Virus record (IMG/VR): IMGVR_UViG_3300034071_001727
Span: 460 to 64,459 of that record
Reading direction: 5' to 3' (one strand)
DNA: 64,000 nucleotides
From: a virus
Lineage: Duplodnaviria; Caudoviricetes
Part shown: piece by piece, positions 18,623 to 27,507 of the stretch
Numbering within the stretch: position 1 is the first letter of the stretch
Layout of the letters: every line of letters begins with the position of its first letter
The notes under the pieces: generated by a model
The model's input: the letters and a program-made list of their open reading frames with translations, nothing else
Database searches by the model: none
What the model was told of the DNA's origin: nothing
Translations under genes and position numbers: made by a program

Positions 18623-19030
18623 TCACTTGCGGCGCGGGTTGGCCGGCAGTTCGAGCTCCAGCTGATCGGGACCATGGAACGGGGTGACGCCGCCGCCCTT
18701 CTGGACGAACATCACGGCCTCGCCGCCCGTTTCTTCGGACTTCTTGCCGCGCGCGGTCGGGCACTTGAAGGCCAGCGTGTGGATCAGCTCGACCTGGCTG
18801 GTGCCCTTGATCGGCCGCGTGACCACCTTGAACAGCAGTTCCCCCTTGCCCTGGTGCAGGGCAGACGACAGGCTGATGTTGTTCAGGGCGACGGAAAGCG
18901 CGTCCTTGACGGCGCCGGCCTCCAGTTCGTCCAGCAGCTGCGGGAACGTGTGCAGCCGCGTGGTAGGGGTCTGCATCGCGGCAATGGGTGAAACACTCGC
19001 CGGCGCTGCCGGCTTCTCTTCGGTGCTCAT
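18623..19030 (-). CDS. YfdP-like partner of DUF2303
   Basis: GGAG SD; HTLAFKCPTARGKKSEE..MFVQKGG motif; adjacent to the DUF2303 gene. Confidence 0.75.
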   Translation of the reverse strand: MSTEEKPAAPASVSPIAAMQTPTTRLHTFPQLLDELEAGAVKDALSVALNNISLSSALHQGKGELLFKVVTRPIKGTSQVELIHTLAFKCPTARGKKSEETGGEAVMFVQKGGGVTPFHGPDQLELELPANPRRK

Positions 19031-19061
19031 GGGTGTCTCCGGGAAATGCCCTTGCGGGCGG

Positions 19062-19367
19062 TCAGTGCGTGCGTGCGCCTTCGGCCGCTGGTTCCGGCGG
19101 TGCTTTGTCAGGAAGTGCGTCACAAGAGTCAGCGGCGTGCCTCAGCAAACTCGAGGCGTATTCAGGGCTGGTCGCCGCAGCAAGCGAACCGACAATGCAG
19201 CCCAACAGGCTGGACATAGCGCCTACGCAGGCGTCGATCGGATCAGGCCTAGAACCGATGTAGGCCTGTAGCAAAGGGACGAACACCTGCCGGTACAGTT
19301 CGTTGGCAAAGGCTTGTGGCTCGGCATCCAGGGACACCGAAGTCATCTGAACATCGGGCTCGCTCAT
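19062..19367 (-). CDS. Hypothetical protein
   Basis: GGAG SD before MSEPDVQ. Confidence 0.6.
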   Translation of the reverse strand: MSEPDVQMTSVSLDAEPQAFANELYRQVFVPLLQAYIGSRPDPIDACVGAMSSLLGCIVGSLAAATSPEYASSLLRHAADSCDALPDKAPPEPAAEGARTH

Positions 19368-19444
19368 GGCAGTTCTCCGGTCAGACGGCGCAGGAACCGA
19401 AGCAGCCGCGCGCGCCAGCGCTGCATGCGGGTGGGCGCGCTCAT
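19364..19444 (-). CDS. 26-aa basic amphipathic peptide (MSAPTRMQRWRARLLRFLRRLTGELP)
   Basis: Fills the gap and ends in an ATGA overlap; SD weak. Confidence 0.35.
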   Translation of the reverse strand: MSAPTRMQRWRARLLRFLRRLTGELP

Positions 19445-19464
19445 TCGCGTGATCGGCGACGGGA

Positions 19465-19761
19465 TCACAGCGCGCTCGGGGGTGCGTCGGACGTCTCATG
19501 GCGGGCCACCGCAACATCAGCAGGTGCGTCGATGGTCAGCGGCTGCTGGGGCGTCTGGTCAGGCGCTTCGGCGGGCACAGCGCGCTCGATCGGAAACCCA
19601 GCCTTCACCGCTTCGGCGCCGGCGATGCCGTCGCACAGCTCGATGCCCAGCAGGTTCTTCGACACGTAGGCGAGCGCCTGGCCGGGAGTGTTCGCGATCA
19701 CGAAGCGATCGGTGGCGCCCGGGGTGTTGTTGCTGACGCGGTACAGGTATTCCTTGGCCAT
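19465..19761 (-). CDS. Hypothetical protein (98 aa)
   Basis: Operon context; high-GC3 codons. Confidence 0.7.
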   Translation of the reverse strand: MAKEYLYRVSNNTPGATDRFVIANTPGQALAYVSKNLLGIELCDGIAGAEAVKAGFPIERAVPAEAPDQTPQQPLTIDAPADVAVARHETSDAPPSAL

Positions 19762-19770
19762 GGTCTTCTC

Positions 19771-20010
19771 TCAGGGGTTCAGCAGGTAGGAAGGGACTCG
19801 CTCGACTTCGAGCTTTGGAGTCTTGGGCGGAAACAGCACTTCGCTGTCGCGGCCCTCGTCGTCGATGAAGCGATGCCGGATCTCAAGCCTCGGGGTCAGT
19901 TCGACCACCGTTGCCCGGTACATGGCGGGCGCGCCATCGACAGGCGCATTGCGGATGACGTCACCAGGGCAACAGCGGCCCGAACGCAATTGCAGGTGGA
20001 CTTTGTGCAC
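19771..20010 (-). CDS. Hypothetical beta-rich protein (79 aa)
   Basis: GGAGG SD, GTG start. Confidence 0.6.
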   Translation of the reverse strand: MHKVHLQLRSGRCCPGDVIRNAPVDGAPAMYRATVVELTPRLEIRHRFIDDEGRDSEVLFPPKTPKLEVERVPSYLLNP

Positions 20011-20011
20011 G

Positions 20012-20266
20012 TCAGCGCCTCCGCTGCTTGCGGGCTGCGCGCTTGATCGCCCGGACGCCGCTGTGTCTCTGCGATGCGCGGTAGGGCTTGTTCCGACCGG
20101 TGGCAGAGCCTGCGCGGTACGGGTTGCGCCAGCCCGAGAAGCTTCTCGGGTACGCAGATGGCGTGTAGTTCACAAACGCGCCAACGGACCCTGCACTAGA
20201 GGCCAAGGCACCGCCCAGCATCCCAAGCGCAGCAGTCATGCGAATCACAACCGTCGACCCGCGCAT
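20012..20266 (-). CDS. Hypothetical protein with Arg-rich C-terminus
   Basis: TGATG coupling; ends AIKRAARKQRRR. Confidence 0.55.
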   Translation of the reverse strand: MRGSTVVIRMTAALGMLGGALASSAGSVGAFVNYTPSAYPRSFSGWRNPYRAGSATGRNKPYRASQRHSGVRAIKRAARKQRRR

Positions 20267-20526
20267 CACAGCTGCCGCTCGCGCAGCTTCCCCGCTCGCG
20301 CCCTGCCGATGCGGATTGCGTGCATGGTGTTGAAGCCGTTCCGATGCGCCCAGGCCACGGCGGCAGTGGTGTTGCTGTCGTCGCAGCCGATCAGGCCGCA
20401 GTGAATGCGCACCTGGCGTTCGACGGCGGCATGGTCGAGCACCACCGGCGGCGCGTCGCACACCGGCAGAACGGGGCGGAAGTCAAGCCCGGCAATTGCT
20501 GCGGGCATGGCGGTTGTGCAGTGCAT
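20266..20526 (-). CDS. First gene of the leftward early operon (hypothetical)
   Basis: GGAG SD just downstream of the PL-like promoter. Confidence 0.6.
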   Translation of the reverse strand: MHCTTAMPAAIAGLDFRPVLPVCDAPPVVLDHAAVERQVRIHCGLIGCDDSNTTAAVAWAHRNGFNTMHAIRIGRARAGKLRERQL

Positions 20527-20554
20527 AGCGGCTCCGTGCGGTGGATGACGGATT

Positions 20555-20597
20555 CAGGTTGCCACCGAAGTTGCCAGCCCGCAAGATGGATTGCCAC
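20555..20597 (-). promoter_or_regulatory. PL-like promoter with two operator-like sites
   Basis: TTGCGG-17-CAACCT; TGGCAATCCATCTTGCGG and TGGCAACTTCGGTGGCAA fit GCAA-N6-TTGC (the second with one mismatch). Confidence 0.6.
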
Positions 20598-20606
20598 TTG
20601 TGGCGC

Positions 20607-20632
20607 AAAAAAAGGGGCCGCAAAGCAGCCCC
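20607..20632 (-). terminator. Intrinsic terminator of cI
   Basis: GGGGCTGC-TTT-GCGGCCCC followed by T7. Confidence 0.85.
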
Positions 20633-20659
20633 TCGGCGTAAACAATTGTCACATGCGCG

Positions 20660-21349
20660 TTACCAGCGGCGAACACCCAGGCTTACGACCACCCGCCCCG
20701 AGATAGGCATGTGCGGGATGTCTGCCGCCGGGATGATTTCAGGCGGGTAGGCGGGATTGGTGCAGCCTACGATCAGGTCGCCGCCCACGCGCTGGTGGAG
20801 CTGCCGCGGCTGCGGCTGTCCACCGATCACCACCACATAGATGCCGGGCCCATCCCACACGGCCCGTTGGGTGTCCACAAACACAAGATCCCCGTCGTCG
20901 ATCGATCCTCGTAGGGCGTCGCCGCGGTTCGTCATCAAACGCACTCGATCATATGGGCGGGGCAGGTTCTGCTGCGCCCACCATTCCGCAATGTCCATGC
21001 CTTTCACGGCCTCACCCCTGTTTCTATCACCGTCGATCACAAGCACGGCGATGTGAACGTAGTCACGCTCTGCGCCCGCTGCAATAGGACTGTGCGCACT
21101 TGCGGTCGCGCGGGGTGAGACAGTGGGAGAGGCCTCGCCGTTCCATCCGTTGAGCTGTTCGACGGTCATCCCGAACGCCGCGGCGAGCTCAGCCACCCAC
21201 GCCACGCGGCGGCCTCGTGTGCGCACCAGGGCGCTGATGTGCTGATGCTTGATGTTGGGCAGGCCTTGGGCCGCCAAGCGGTCAGCCAGCTGCCGCATGG
21301 ACCACCGGCGTTCGCGCAACAGGGCTTCGATTTTCTGGCCAAGATCCAT
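20660..21349 (-). CDS. cI: CI-like repressor (HTH plus degenerate S24 domain), probably leaderless
   Basis: N-terminal HTH; GDAL..IDDGDLVFVD..GIYV..NPAY; CATACT -10 lies 6 nt before the ATG; divergent from the cro-like gene. Confidence 0.85.
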   Translation of the reverse strand: MDLGQKIEALLRERRWSMRQLADRLAAQGLPNIKHQHISALVRTRGRRVAWVAELAAAFGMTVEQLNGWNGEASPTVSPRATASAHSPIAAGAERDYVHIAVLVIDGDRNRGEAVKGMDIAEWWAQQNLPRPYDRVRLMTNRGDALRGSIDDGDLVFVDTQRAVWDGPGIYVVVIGGQPQPRQLHQRVGGDLIVGCTNPAYPPEIIPAADIPHMPISGRVVVSLGVRRW

Positions 21350-21400
21350 GTGTGAAGTATGGCCTCACGGCCGCACGGATCGAGCGTCTGCACGCCACGC

Positions 21401-21448
21401 TTGACGTGGCAATATGGATTGCGGCAAAGTCGGCATCACTGATTGCCG
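21401..21448 (+). promoter_or_regulatory. PR-like promoter with two operator-like sites
   Basis: TTGACG-18-CAAAGT; TGGCAATATGGATTGCGG and CGGCATCACTGATTGCCG. Confidence 0.6.
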
Positions 21449-21458
21449 GAGCCCGCCC

Positions 21459-21842
21459 ATGGATGACCTTGAACTGAGCTCCCTGATCGTCGGCAGCTTC
21501 GGAAAGCTGGCCGCGAGGGTGGGCTGCAGCCGCCAGAACATCACGCAGTTTCGGGGCAAGAGCCTGCCTGCCGAACTGGCTGGAAAGATCGAGCTTGCTG
21601 TCCGGTCTGCTGTCGAAGAGGACGCGGAAGCCGCTGACCGTGCCCAGCAGCTGGGCCGGCTGCCGAAGGCCGAGGCCATGGCGCCTGGCCGCGAGTACCT
21701 GCGCGACGCTGAGGGCGGTCTGCACCTGACCCTCGGCCGGAGCTCGCACCCATCGATGCGGCGCCGGAAGCCTGCGCGCGTATCGGCGCGCGTTCTCAAG
21801 CATGGCCGCACGTCCTCCCCCCTATCGACCGGCGCGCGCTGA
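21459..21842 (+). CDS. Cro-like HTH regulator with C-terminal extension
   Basis: GGAG SD; GSFGKLAARVGCSRQNITQF HTH. Confidence 0.7.
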   Translation: MDDLELSSLIVGSFGKLAARVGCSRQNITQFRGKSLPAELAGKIELAVRSAVEEDAEAADRAQQLGRLPKAEAMAPGREYLRDAEGGLHLTLGRSSHPSMRRRKPARVSARVLKHGRTSSPLSTGAR

Positions 21843-21888
21843 GCGTGCGCGGCCTGCTGCTACGCGTCCTGGATCAACTGGAGCACGC

Positions 21889-22305
21889 ATGAACGTCGAG
21901 CGCGCATGGATTGCCTTACCCAAGCCACCGGAGAGGGTGCGTGTGTACGCGCGCCGCGTTCGGGACGGGCACTTGGATGTAGCGCTGAAGCTGCGGCCGA
22001 AGGGTACTGAGTGGGAATTCGTGGGATGGCTCGCGAACGACATGCTGCTGGCGGATTTCCGGATCGCGTGCAATCACGCACTGACAGATGCGGAGCGCAA
22101 GGTCACAGCCGCGCTGAACGAAGGACCTGACACGCCTTTCATGCTGAGCGTTTCAACCGGCGCTGGCGGGAGCCGCGTCTACTCCGTGATTCGCTCAATG
22201 CTCGCGCGCCGAAAGGTGTCCGAGACCGCCATGTTCGAGGGCCGCGAGAGCGCGAACCAGCGTGCGAAGCCGCTGCGCGTGCTGATGCTGGCGGAGGCGT
22301 CGTGA
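21889..22305 (+). CDS. Hypothetical protein, possibly DNA-binding
   Basis: GGAG SD before MNVERAW. Confidence 0.6.
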   Translation: MNVERAWIALPKPPERVRVYARRVRDGHLDVALKLRPKGTEWEFVGWLANDMLLADFRIACNHALTDAERKVTAALNEGPDTPFMLSVSTGAGGSRVYSVIRSMLARRKVSETAMFEGRESANQRAKPLRVLMLAEAS

Positions 22306-22661
22306 TGCAGCACTCGACCCCCCAGGCGACCGAGGCACAGAAGTGGCGTTTCGTGCTGATGAAGGAAATCGGCTGCGTGCCGTGCTGGATGCGCGGACAC
22401 CAGAACGTAGAGCCGGAGATTCATCACCTGCTGTCCGGCGGCATCCGCCGCGGCCATGACGAAACCGTCGCGCTGTGCCAGTGGCACCACAAGGCATGGC
22501 CGATCGCGAATCGCTCGCACAAGTGGTGCCGCGAGCATCTGGGCCCAAGCCTGCTGGAGTCGTCTGAGCAATTTCACTTCGAGTTCGGCAGCGACGATGA
22601 CCTGCTGAGCCTGCAGAACCAGTTCCTGCGCGCCGCAACAGGAGGCCGATATGCCGCGTAG
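22305..22661 (+). CDS. Ref-like HNH nuclease
   Basis: GCVPC..EIHH..GH.ETVALCQWHH..FGSDDDLL. Confidence 0.8.
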   Translation: MQHSTPQATEAQKWRFVLMKEIGCVPCWMRGHQNVEPEIHHLLSGGIRRGHDETVALCQWHHKAWPIANRSHKWCREHLGPSLLESSEQFHFEFGSDDDLLSLQNQFLRAATGGRYAA

Positions 22662-22929
22662 CTACCCACTGCGCCCGGTCGACCTGCGCGCGCACCTGGA
22701 CGCCGCAGGTCGCGCCAAGGCGATGGATTGGATGCTCGCTCGCAAGGCATGGACTGCCGGCGCTTTGTGCCGCTACCTGATCGACGAGGACGCCGTGCAG
22801 ACGCGCCGTTGCCTGCTGATCGAGGCATTCCGGGCGGTGGACGGTCTGCACCGCGAGCTGATCGCTGAGGGGCAGCTGCGCCAGATCCCGACCGAGACCG
22901 CGCTGATGTACGGCTGGGCTGACGCATGA
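22651..22929 (+). CDS. Hypothetical protein (92 aa)
   Basis: AGGAGG SD. Confidence 0.7.
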   Translation: MPRSYPLRPVDLRAHLDAAGRAKAMDWMLARKAWTAGALCRYLIDEDAVQTRRCLLIEAFRAVDGLHRELIAEGQLRQIPTETALMYGWADA

Positions 22930-23114
22930 ACGCGCTCAAGCCTCCGCAGTTCACCCCTGAGCAACAACTGCCCCACGCGGTGCGTGCCGCCCTGCGCATC
23001 GAGCGAGACAGCGAACGCCTGCTGGTGCTGGTGGGCGTACACGCCTGGCTGCAGCGCAGCCCAACCCCCATGCCGCGCATTGCCGCGGCGCTCAACCTGG
23101 ACACCGCCGAATGA
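22926..23114 (+). CDS. Hypothetical protein (62 aa)
   Basis: ATGA coupling on both sides. Confidence 0.55.
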   Translation: MNALKPPQFTPEQQLPHAVRAALRIERDSERLLVLVGVHAWLQRSPTPMPRIAAALNLDTAE

Positions 23115-23455
23115 ACGCGACGCCTGACGATTCACCCTCACTGATTCCGGCGCTGCCGGGCTACCGCTCCGTGAGCCCGGAAGAGCTGCAGCTGATCGGC
23201 GCGATCAAGGCGCACGAACAGGAAACCCTGCGCTTGCTCCACGACGTGCGCGCACACCTGGCGAAGCAGGACGGCGCCGCGCGTCGCTCCGTAGAGCCGG
23301 GCATGACCCACGCGGGATTCGCCGAAGCCGAGCGAGAGCTGGCCCGCCTGATAGACGCCGAGCCCCTGCGCTGGCACTCGATCGCCCGCACGGAGCTGCA
23401 GCAGGGATTCATGGCGCTGGTTCGAGCCGTGGCGCAGCCGAGGACGCAGGCATGA
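23111..23455 (+). CDS. acb2: Acb2-family anti-CBASS cyclic-nucleotide sponge
   Basis: GYR..S.EE....IK and AEPLRWHSIARTELQQGFMALVRAVAQP match the Acb2 signature. Confidence 0.85.
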   Translation: MNATPDDSPSLIPALPGYRSVSPEELQLIGAIKAHEQETLRLLHDVRAHLAKQDGAARRSVEPGMTHAGFAEAERELARLIDAEPLRWHSIARTELQQGFMALVRAVAQPRTQA

Positions 23456-23709
23456 GCACGCCCAAGCATCGCCTGACGGCCGAGGCCCACGCCCGGCGAA
23501 TTTACGCCATCGTGCGCCGGTCGGACGGCCGCGTGCTCGAAACGTTCTGCACGCGCTCGGGCGCGATCCTGTACCGAGGCGAGCAGGTCAAAGCCGGGCA
23601 TTGGAAAGCCCGCTCGACACGCATCGTGGCCGGCTGGTTCACGCCCGGCGCGGCGCGCCAGGTTGTCCTCGTCCCGCGGCAGGTAGTGGGTGCCCCAAAC
23701 GATGTCTGA
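23452..23709 (+). CDS. Hypothetical protein (85 aa)
   Basis: GAGG SD, ATGA coupling. Confidence 0.6.
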   Translation: MSTPKHRLTAEAHARRIYAIVRRSDGRVLETFCTRSGAILYRGEQVKAGHWKARSTRIVAGWFTPGAARQVVLVPRQVVGAPNDV

Positions 23710-23947
23710 GGCCCCGCTGTTCGCGCTGGCCGACCTGACGTCGGCCGACCTGGTGCTGCTGCGCGGCGCGCTTGACCTTGAGTCGGTAAGGCACGGCGAG
23801 ACGATGCGGAGCATTCGCTACAACAAGCGCTGCACGACGCACGACGCGATCAACCGCTATCCCACGTTCCGCGCCGCGCTCGCGAACCAGAAGCGCTGCG
23901 CCGAACTGCAGAGCCAGATCTTGCGCTTGCTGGAGCCGCCTGGATGA
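23702..23947 (+). CDS. Hypothetical protein
   Basis: Overlapping operon context. Confidence 0.55.
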   Translation: MSEAPLFALADLTSADLVLLRGALDLESVRHGETMRSIRYNKRCTTHDAINRYPTFRAALANQKRCAELQSQILRLLEPPG

Positions 23948-24114
23948 AGCGCCCGACGGCCCGTGACCTGATACGGCTGGCGCGCATGCGGCAGTGCCAG
24001 CAGGAGGCGGACGTCGAGCACACGGACGAGCAGGTCCGCGCCGCTGCGCGCGCGCTTGGCCGAGAGAGTCACCTACCGGACCCCGAGCAGCTGGAACTGA
24101 TGACGGACGAGTAG
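23944..24114 (+). CDS. Hypothetical protein (56 aa, MKRPTARDLIRL..)
   Basis: GGAG SD, ATGA coupling; below the ORF-track cutoff. Confidence 0.55.
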   Translation: MKRPTARDLIRLARMRQCQQEADVEHTDEQVRAAARALGRESHLPDPEQLELMTDE

Positions 24115-24211
24115 GCACCGAACACCCCCGCCCGGCCTGCGGCTTGATCCCCGCAGGTATGCCAACCCTCCAGCAGTCGGGCGGGGGTACTTGGAGGGGG
24201 AGGACGTGACG

Positions 24212-24868
24212 ATGACTCGACAGAAAGCGGAAACAGCGTTCGGCGCTCCGAGAGAGCGCCCGATTCTCTTCAGCGCGCCGATGGTGCGCGCGATTCTCGA
24301 CGGCCGGAAGACGCAGACGCGGCGGGTGCTTAAGTTCCCGCGCTTCATCGTCAACGCGCTCGACCAGGAAGAACTGGTTGAAGCACTCAACAAGGCCAAA
24401 ACCAAGGCGGTTGTCGAGCGCGGGCCTTGCGATGGCGTGAAGAATCGATATTCCTGCCCCTACGGCCAGCCCGGCGACCGGCTGTGGGTGCGGGAGGCTT
24501 GGTCGACGCACGCAATCTTCGATCCCTTGCCCCCACGCGACATCACCGCGCGGTCGGTCCACTACTGGGCGGACGGCGATGCTCAGACCGGCAAGCGGCG
24601 CCCCGGAATGTTCTTGCCCCGCTGGGCCAGCCGCATCACGCTCGAAGTCACAGGCGTGCGCGTGGAGAGGCTGCGGGACATAAGTGAGAAAGACGCTGAG
24701 GCCGAGGGCTGTCCGCTGGATCGCCTGCTAGCGCGCGACTGGTACAGCCAGCTCTGGGAATCCATCAACGGCCCCGGCAGCTGGGACGCCAACCCGTGGG
24801 TGTGGGTGGTCGCGTTCAAGCGCATCGAAGCCCCGCAAGGAATTCCAGGAGCTCCCCATGGCGGGTGA
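24212..24868 (+). CDS. ASCH/PUA-like conserved phage protein
   Basis: RPILFSAPMVRAILDGRKTQTRR, CPYGQPGDRLWVRE, RWASRITLE, NPWVWV. Confidence 0.8.
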   Translation: MTRQKAETAFGAPRERPILFSAPMVRAILDGRKTQTRRVLKFPRFIVNALDQEELVEALNKAKTKAVVERGPCDGVKNRYSCPYGQPGDRLWVREAWSTHAIFDPLPPRDITARSVHYWADGDAQTGKRRPGMFLPRWASRITLEVTGVRVERLRDISEKDAEAEGCPLDRLLARDWYSQLWESINGPGSWDANPWVWVVAFKRIEAPQGIPGAPHGG

Positions 24869-25745
24869 CTGGATCAAGATGCGCTCCAACCTGTGGGACG
24901 ACCCACGCGTGGCCGCGGTGTGCGATGCCTGCGGCTGTGGCGAGGCCCAGGCGGTGGGGGCGATGTACTGGCTGTGGGCGACTGCAGACCAGCACAGCGA
25001 GGACGGGCTGCTGCCTGGCATGACGGCGCGCCAGATCAACCGCAAGACGGGCGTACAGGGCTTCGCAGAGGCTCTGCAGGCGGCTGGCTGGCTGATTCTG
25101 TCCGAAGAAGGGGCGCAGATTGTCCGCTTCGACGAGCACAACGGGACGAGCGCAAAGCGCAGGGCGTCCGAATCGCGCCGCAAAATGTCCGCACGCGATG
25201 CGGACAAGCAGCGGACGGAAAGCGGATGCGGCGCGGAAGGCGAGCGGACTGATCCCGGACAGCCTGCGCACCTAGAGGAAGAGAGAGAGAAGAGAGAAGA
25301 GCAAGAGCCATCCTCGCTTCGCTCGGATTCGTCATCGGCTGGCGCCGAAGACGCGAAGCGAGCGAAGCAGGAGGCGAAAAAGCAGCGGCTCAAGCAGGTG
25401 ACCCAGGAGGCGATCGACGCCTACAACGCCCGCATGGCGAAGCCCCGCGGCCTGTTGCCGGGGGTCCGGCTGCTGACCGACGAGCGCATGCGGCAGGTCA
25501 AGCGCTGCCTGCCCACCGCGGTCCAGATCGCGCAGAGCACCACCGGCGCGACTGTCATCACGCCCGAGTTCTGGGCGGACTACTTCGAGGCGGTCAGCGC
25601 TGATCCGTTCTGGAGCGGGCAAACGCCACCAGGCCGCGGGCACGAGAGCTGGACGCCGAACTTCGACAGCCTCACGCAGCCGGACGTCATGGCGAAGATC
25701 TACGAGCGCACCGAGCAGGATGCGCCGCTGGAAGGTGCCGCATGA
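24858..25745 (+). CDS. Phage replication initiator
   Basis: MAGDWIKMRSNLWDDP N-terminus; W..YF..DPFW.G..W.PNFD C-domain; DnaB downstream. Confidence 0.75.
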   Translation: MAGDWIKMRSNLWDDPRVAAVCDACGCGEAQAVGAMYWLWATADQHSEDGLLPGMTARQINRKTGVQGFAEALQAAGWLILSEEGAQIVRFDEHNGTSAKRRASESRRKMSARDADKQRTESGCGAEGERTDPGQPAHLEEEREKREEQEPSSLRSDSSSAGAEDAKRAKQEAKKQRLKQVTQEAIDAYNARMAKPRGLLPGVRLLTDERMRQVKRCLPTAVQIAQSTTGATVITPEFWADYFEAVSADPFWSGQTPPGRGHESWTPNFDSLTQPDVMAKIYERTEQDAPLEGAA

Positions 25746-26827
25746 CCGTCCAGATCATCAACGGCGACTGCATCGAGTCGATGCGCGGCATGGCGGACCA
25801 GTCCGCGCACTGCTGCATCACGAGCCCGCCGTACTTCGGCCTGCGCGACTACGGCGTCGATGGTCAGATCGGGCTGGAGCAGAGCCCGGCCGAGTTCGTC
25901 GCCAAGCTGGTCGAAGTGTTCCGCGAAGTGCGCCGCGTGCTGCGCGATGACGGAACGCTGTGGCTGAACCTGGGCGACAGCTACGCCAATGACGGCAAAT
26001 GGGGCGGCAGCAGCGGCGGCAAGCATGCAAGCCCGCTGCACGGAAACACCAGCATCGGGCGCACAAAGGTGCAGACCGGCCTCAAGCCGAAAGACCTGAT
26101 CGGCATCCCCTGGCGCGTAGCCTTCGCGCTGCAGGCCGACGGCTGGTATCTGCGGCAGGACATCATCTGGGCCAAGCCCAACCCCATGCCCGAGAGCGTG
26201 CGCGACCGCTGCACGAAGGCGCACGAGTACCTGTTCCTGCTGTCGAAGTCAGAGCGGTACTACTTCGACGGCGAGGCGATCAAGGAGCCGGCCATCTACG
26301 GCGGCCCGAACAACGGGGTCGGATTCGGCCACGGTACCGACCGCGACGCGCGCGGTCGCGGGCGGATCTACCAGCCCCCGCAGGGCGGGCCGGTACCGGG
26401 TTCGCCGCCGCAGTCGAGAACCCGCCACAAAGGCAACCGCAAGACTTTTCGAGGGGGCGGGGTCTACACCAATGGTCAGGCGTTCAACAACTCAGAGCCT
26501 GCCCCTGCGGATTCGATCGGCAACGCACCGAGCGAGACGGGCACACGAAACCGCCGCAGCGTCTGGACCGTCGCCACACGCCCGTTCAAGGGCGCGCACT
26601 TCGCCACCTTCCCGCCTGCGCTGATCGAGCCGTGCGTGCTGGCTGGCTGTCCTGTCGGCGGCGCGGTGCTCGATCCGTTCGGCGGTGCTGGCACGACCGG
26701 TGTGGTGGCGCAGCGCCACGGACGAAACGCGGTGCTGTGCGAGCTGAACCCGGAGTACGCCGCCATGGCCGAAGCGCGGATTCGCGCTGATCGGCCGCAG
26801 CCTGACCTGTTTGGAAGTGCCGCATGA
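25742..26827 (+). CDS. Orphan beta-class N4-C/N6-A DNA methyltransferase
   Basis: ITSPPY, HFATFP, VLDPFGGAGTT. Confidence 0.92.
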   Translation: MTVQIINGDCIESMRGMADQSAHCCITSPPYFGLRDYGVDGQIGLEQSPAEFVAKLVEVFREVRRVLRDDGTLWLNLGDSYANDGKWGGSSGGKHASPLHGNTSIGRTKVQTGLKPKDLIGIPWRVAFALQADGWYLRQDIIWAKPNPMPESVRDRCTKAHEYLFLLSKSERYYFDGEAIKEPAIYGGPNNGVGFGHGTDRDARGRGRIYQPPQGGPVPGSPPQSRTRHKGNRKTFRGGGVYTNGQAFNNSEPAPADSIGNAPSETGTRNRRSVWTVATRPFKGAHFATFPPALIEPCVLAGCPVGGAVLDPFGGAGTTGVVAQRHGRNAVLCELNPEYAAMAEARIRADRPQPDLFGSAA

Positions 26828-27507
26828 AGATCAAACCCGAAGTCATCGAACGCGCCTATGAGGAGCTGTCCGGCCGCAAGCTGTGGCGCAGGCCGCTGGC
26901 GGTGTATCTCACAAGGTCGGGCCGGATCATCGTCGGCACGGGTGGAGCGCCGATACCTGCATCGGCCTCGCTGGTGTGCAACTACCGTCCGCCGCTGGTC
27001 AGCCTGGCCGAGTTCACGGGCGACATCGAGCACGAGGCGCAGCTGATGCAGGCGGTTGAGGTAGCGCTGCCTGAGCGAATCCTTGCAGTTCTGTCGAGGG
27101 CCCGAAAGGGCTGGCTGACGACCAACCTTGCCCGCGAGGTAGGCGCCCGCACGCCCGAGACAGGCGACGCCTGCGAAGCGCTGTGGCGCGAAGGGAAGAT
27201 CGGCCGCAAGCGCGAAAAGCCCATCCGCGGCCCGTGGCGCGAACTGTGGGTGAAGCAGACCGACAAGCCAACCCTGCGCCCGGTGCACCTACCCACGGGC
27301 CCTGACGCTCCAGCGCGGTGCGCAGGCCGCTACACCACGCCTGGCGCGAAGGTCTGCCAGCGCCGCGAGGACTGCGCCCGCTACCGCGCGCTGATCGACA
27401 CCTGGAACCAACTGCCCGACGCCGAACGCATGGCCACGCCGGTGCACTCGCAAATGTGCACGGGCAGCGGCACCCCCCACTTCATGGAGATTCGCGATGA
27501 AGAGTGA
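26824..27507 (+). CDS. Hypothetical protein (wHTH-like middle, Cys-rich end)
   Basis: ATGA coupling; TTNLAREVG helix; CAG..CQRREDCARY. Confidence 0.65.
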   Translation: MKIKPEVIERAYEELSGRKLWRRPLAVYLTRSGRIIVGTGGAPIPASASLVCNYRPPLVSLAEFTGDIEHEAQLMQAVEVALPERILAVLSRARKGWLTTNLAREVGARTPETGDACEALWREGKIGRKREKPIRGPWRELWVKQTDKPTLRPVHLPTGPDAPARCAGRYTTPGAKVCQRREDCARYRALIDTWNQLPDAERMATPVHSQMCTGSGTPHFMEIRDEE

